Assembly (NCBI RefSeq): GCF_009914755.1
Contig: NC_060926.1
Strand: one strand, 5' to 3'
Length of the DNA stretch: 64,000 nt
DNA from: the human T2T-CHM13v2.0 reference genome, Homo sapiens
Part shown: positions 63,494-64,000 of the stretch, one piece after another
How positions within the stretch are numbered: position 1 is the first letter of the stretch
How the letters are laid out: every line of letters starts with the position of its first letter
Made by a program: the position numbers and the translations under genes
Notes under the pieces: generated by a model
The model's input: the letters and a program-made list of their open reading frames with translations, nothing else
Database searches by the model: none
What the model was told of the DNA's origin: nothing

Positions 63494-64000
63494 TAAGTAG
63501 CCAAACTTAAAACAAACCAAAGAGGTTATGCAGGTCAACATAAACACTTTGAGATAAATGCAATTATCAAGAGAACATATTTTAAAATACTGTGCAGAAT
63601 TTATAACAGAGAAAAGTTGGTGACATAATTTATTTTGCAATCTAATCTTTTTTTTTTTTTTTTGCCAGAGTTTGATGGTTTTCTAAAATAATCTTTTAAG
63701 GAGCAAGAACTTCCCATTTGAATTGATATTTATGGTTAATAAGATTTGAAAAATTTGAAGGACAGCATTTAAATCTCTTTGTCACTGCTATGGCTTGCAC
63801 TAAAATGAATGCCCGGCCCTATAGGAAATTTGTTTTAAGCCCACAATAAATACGTCACTTAACCACTCTAGGACTCAACATTTTTTTCTTGAAAAATAGG
63901 GAACAAATAAATGTTTTTAATGCCCCTCCCAGATCGAACATTGTATGATCTTTCTGCTAATTTTTAAATCATTTTATAGGGAAAAACTTGATAGGTACTC

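Overview
This is AT-rich, CpG-depleted primate genomic DNA, most likely human: an Alu at 32016-32352 carries all five AluYa5 diagnostic bases. I recognise no protein-coding gene, CpG island or functional RNA gene. Nearly all listed ORFs are translations of repeats or chance frames. The window is dominated by layered transposon fossils: two near-full-length Tigger1 copies, L1s of several ages (two with internal deletions that remove the RT catalytic core), about 17 Alus, many solo LTRs, three younger two-LTR elements (MSTA, PABL_A-like, THE1) and a Y3 RNA pseudogene. It also holds an ancient two-LTR class I provirus (8863-17474) that still shows gag, RNase H, integrase and env motifs and a tRNA-His-like PBS. 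Three signals are not explained by repeat annotation: a gapless 178-bp inverted duplication at 91% identity (51331-51508 / 52762-52939), a 32-bp sequence inside its spacer that is repeated 12.3 kb away and followed by hairpins, and a 20-bp exact copy of a locally mutated Tigger1 end. These look like templated-insertion or template-switch scars. I see no evidence of a novel biological system. Repeat subfamily names come from my recall of consensus sequences and need RepeatMasker/Dfam confirmation.
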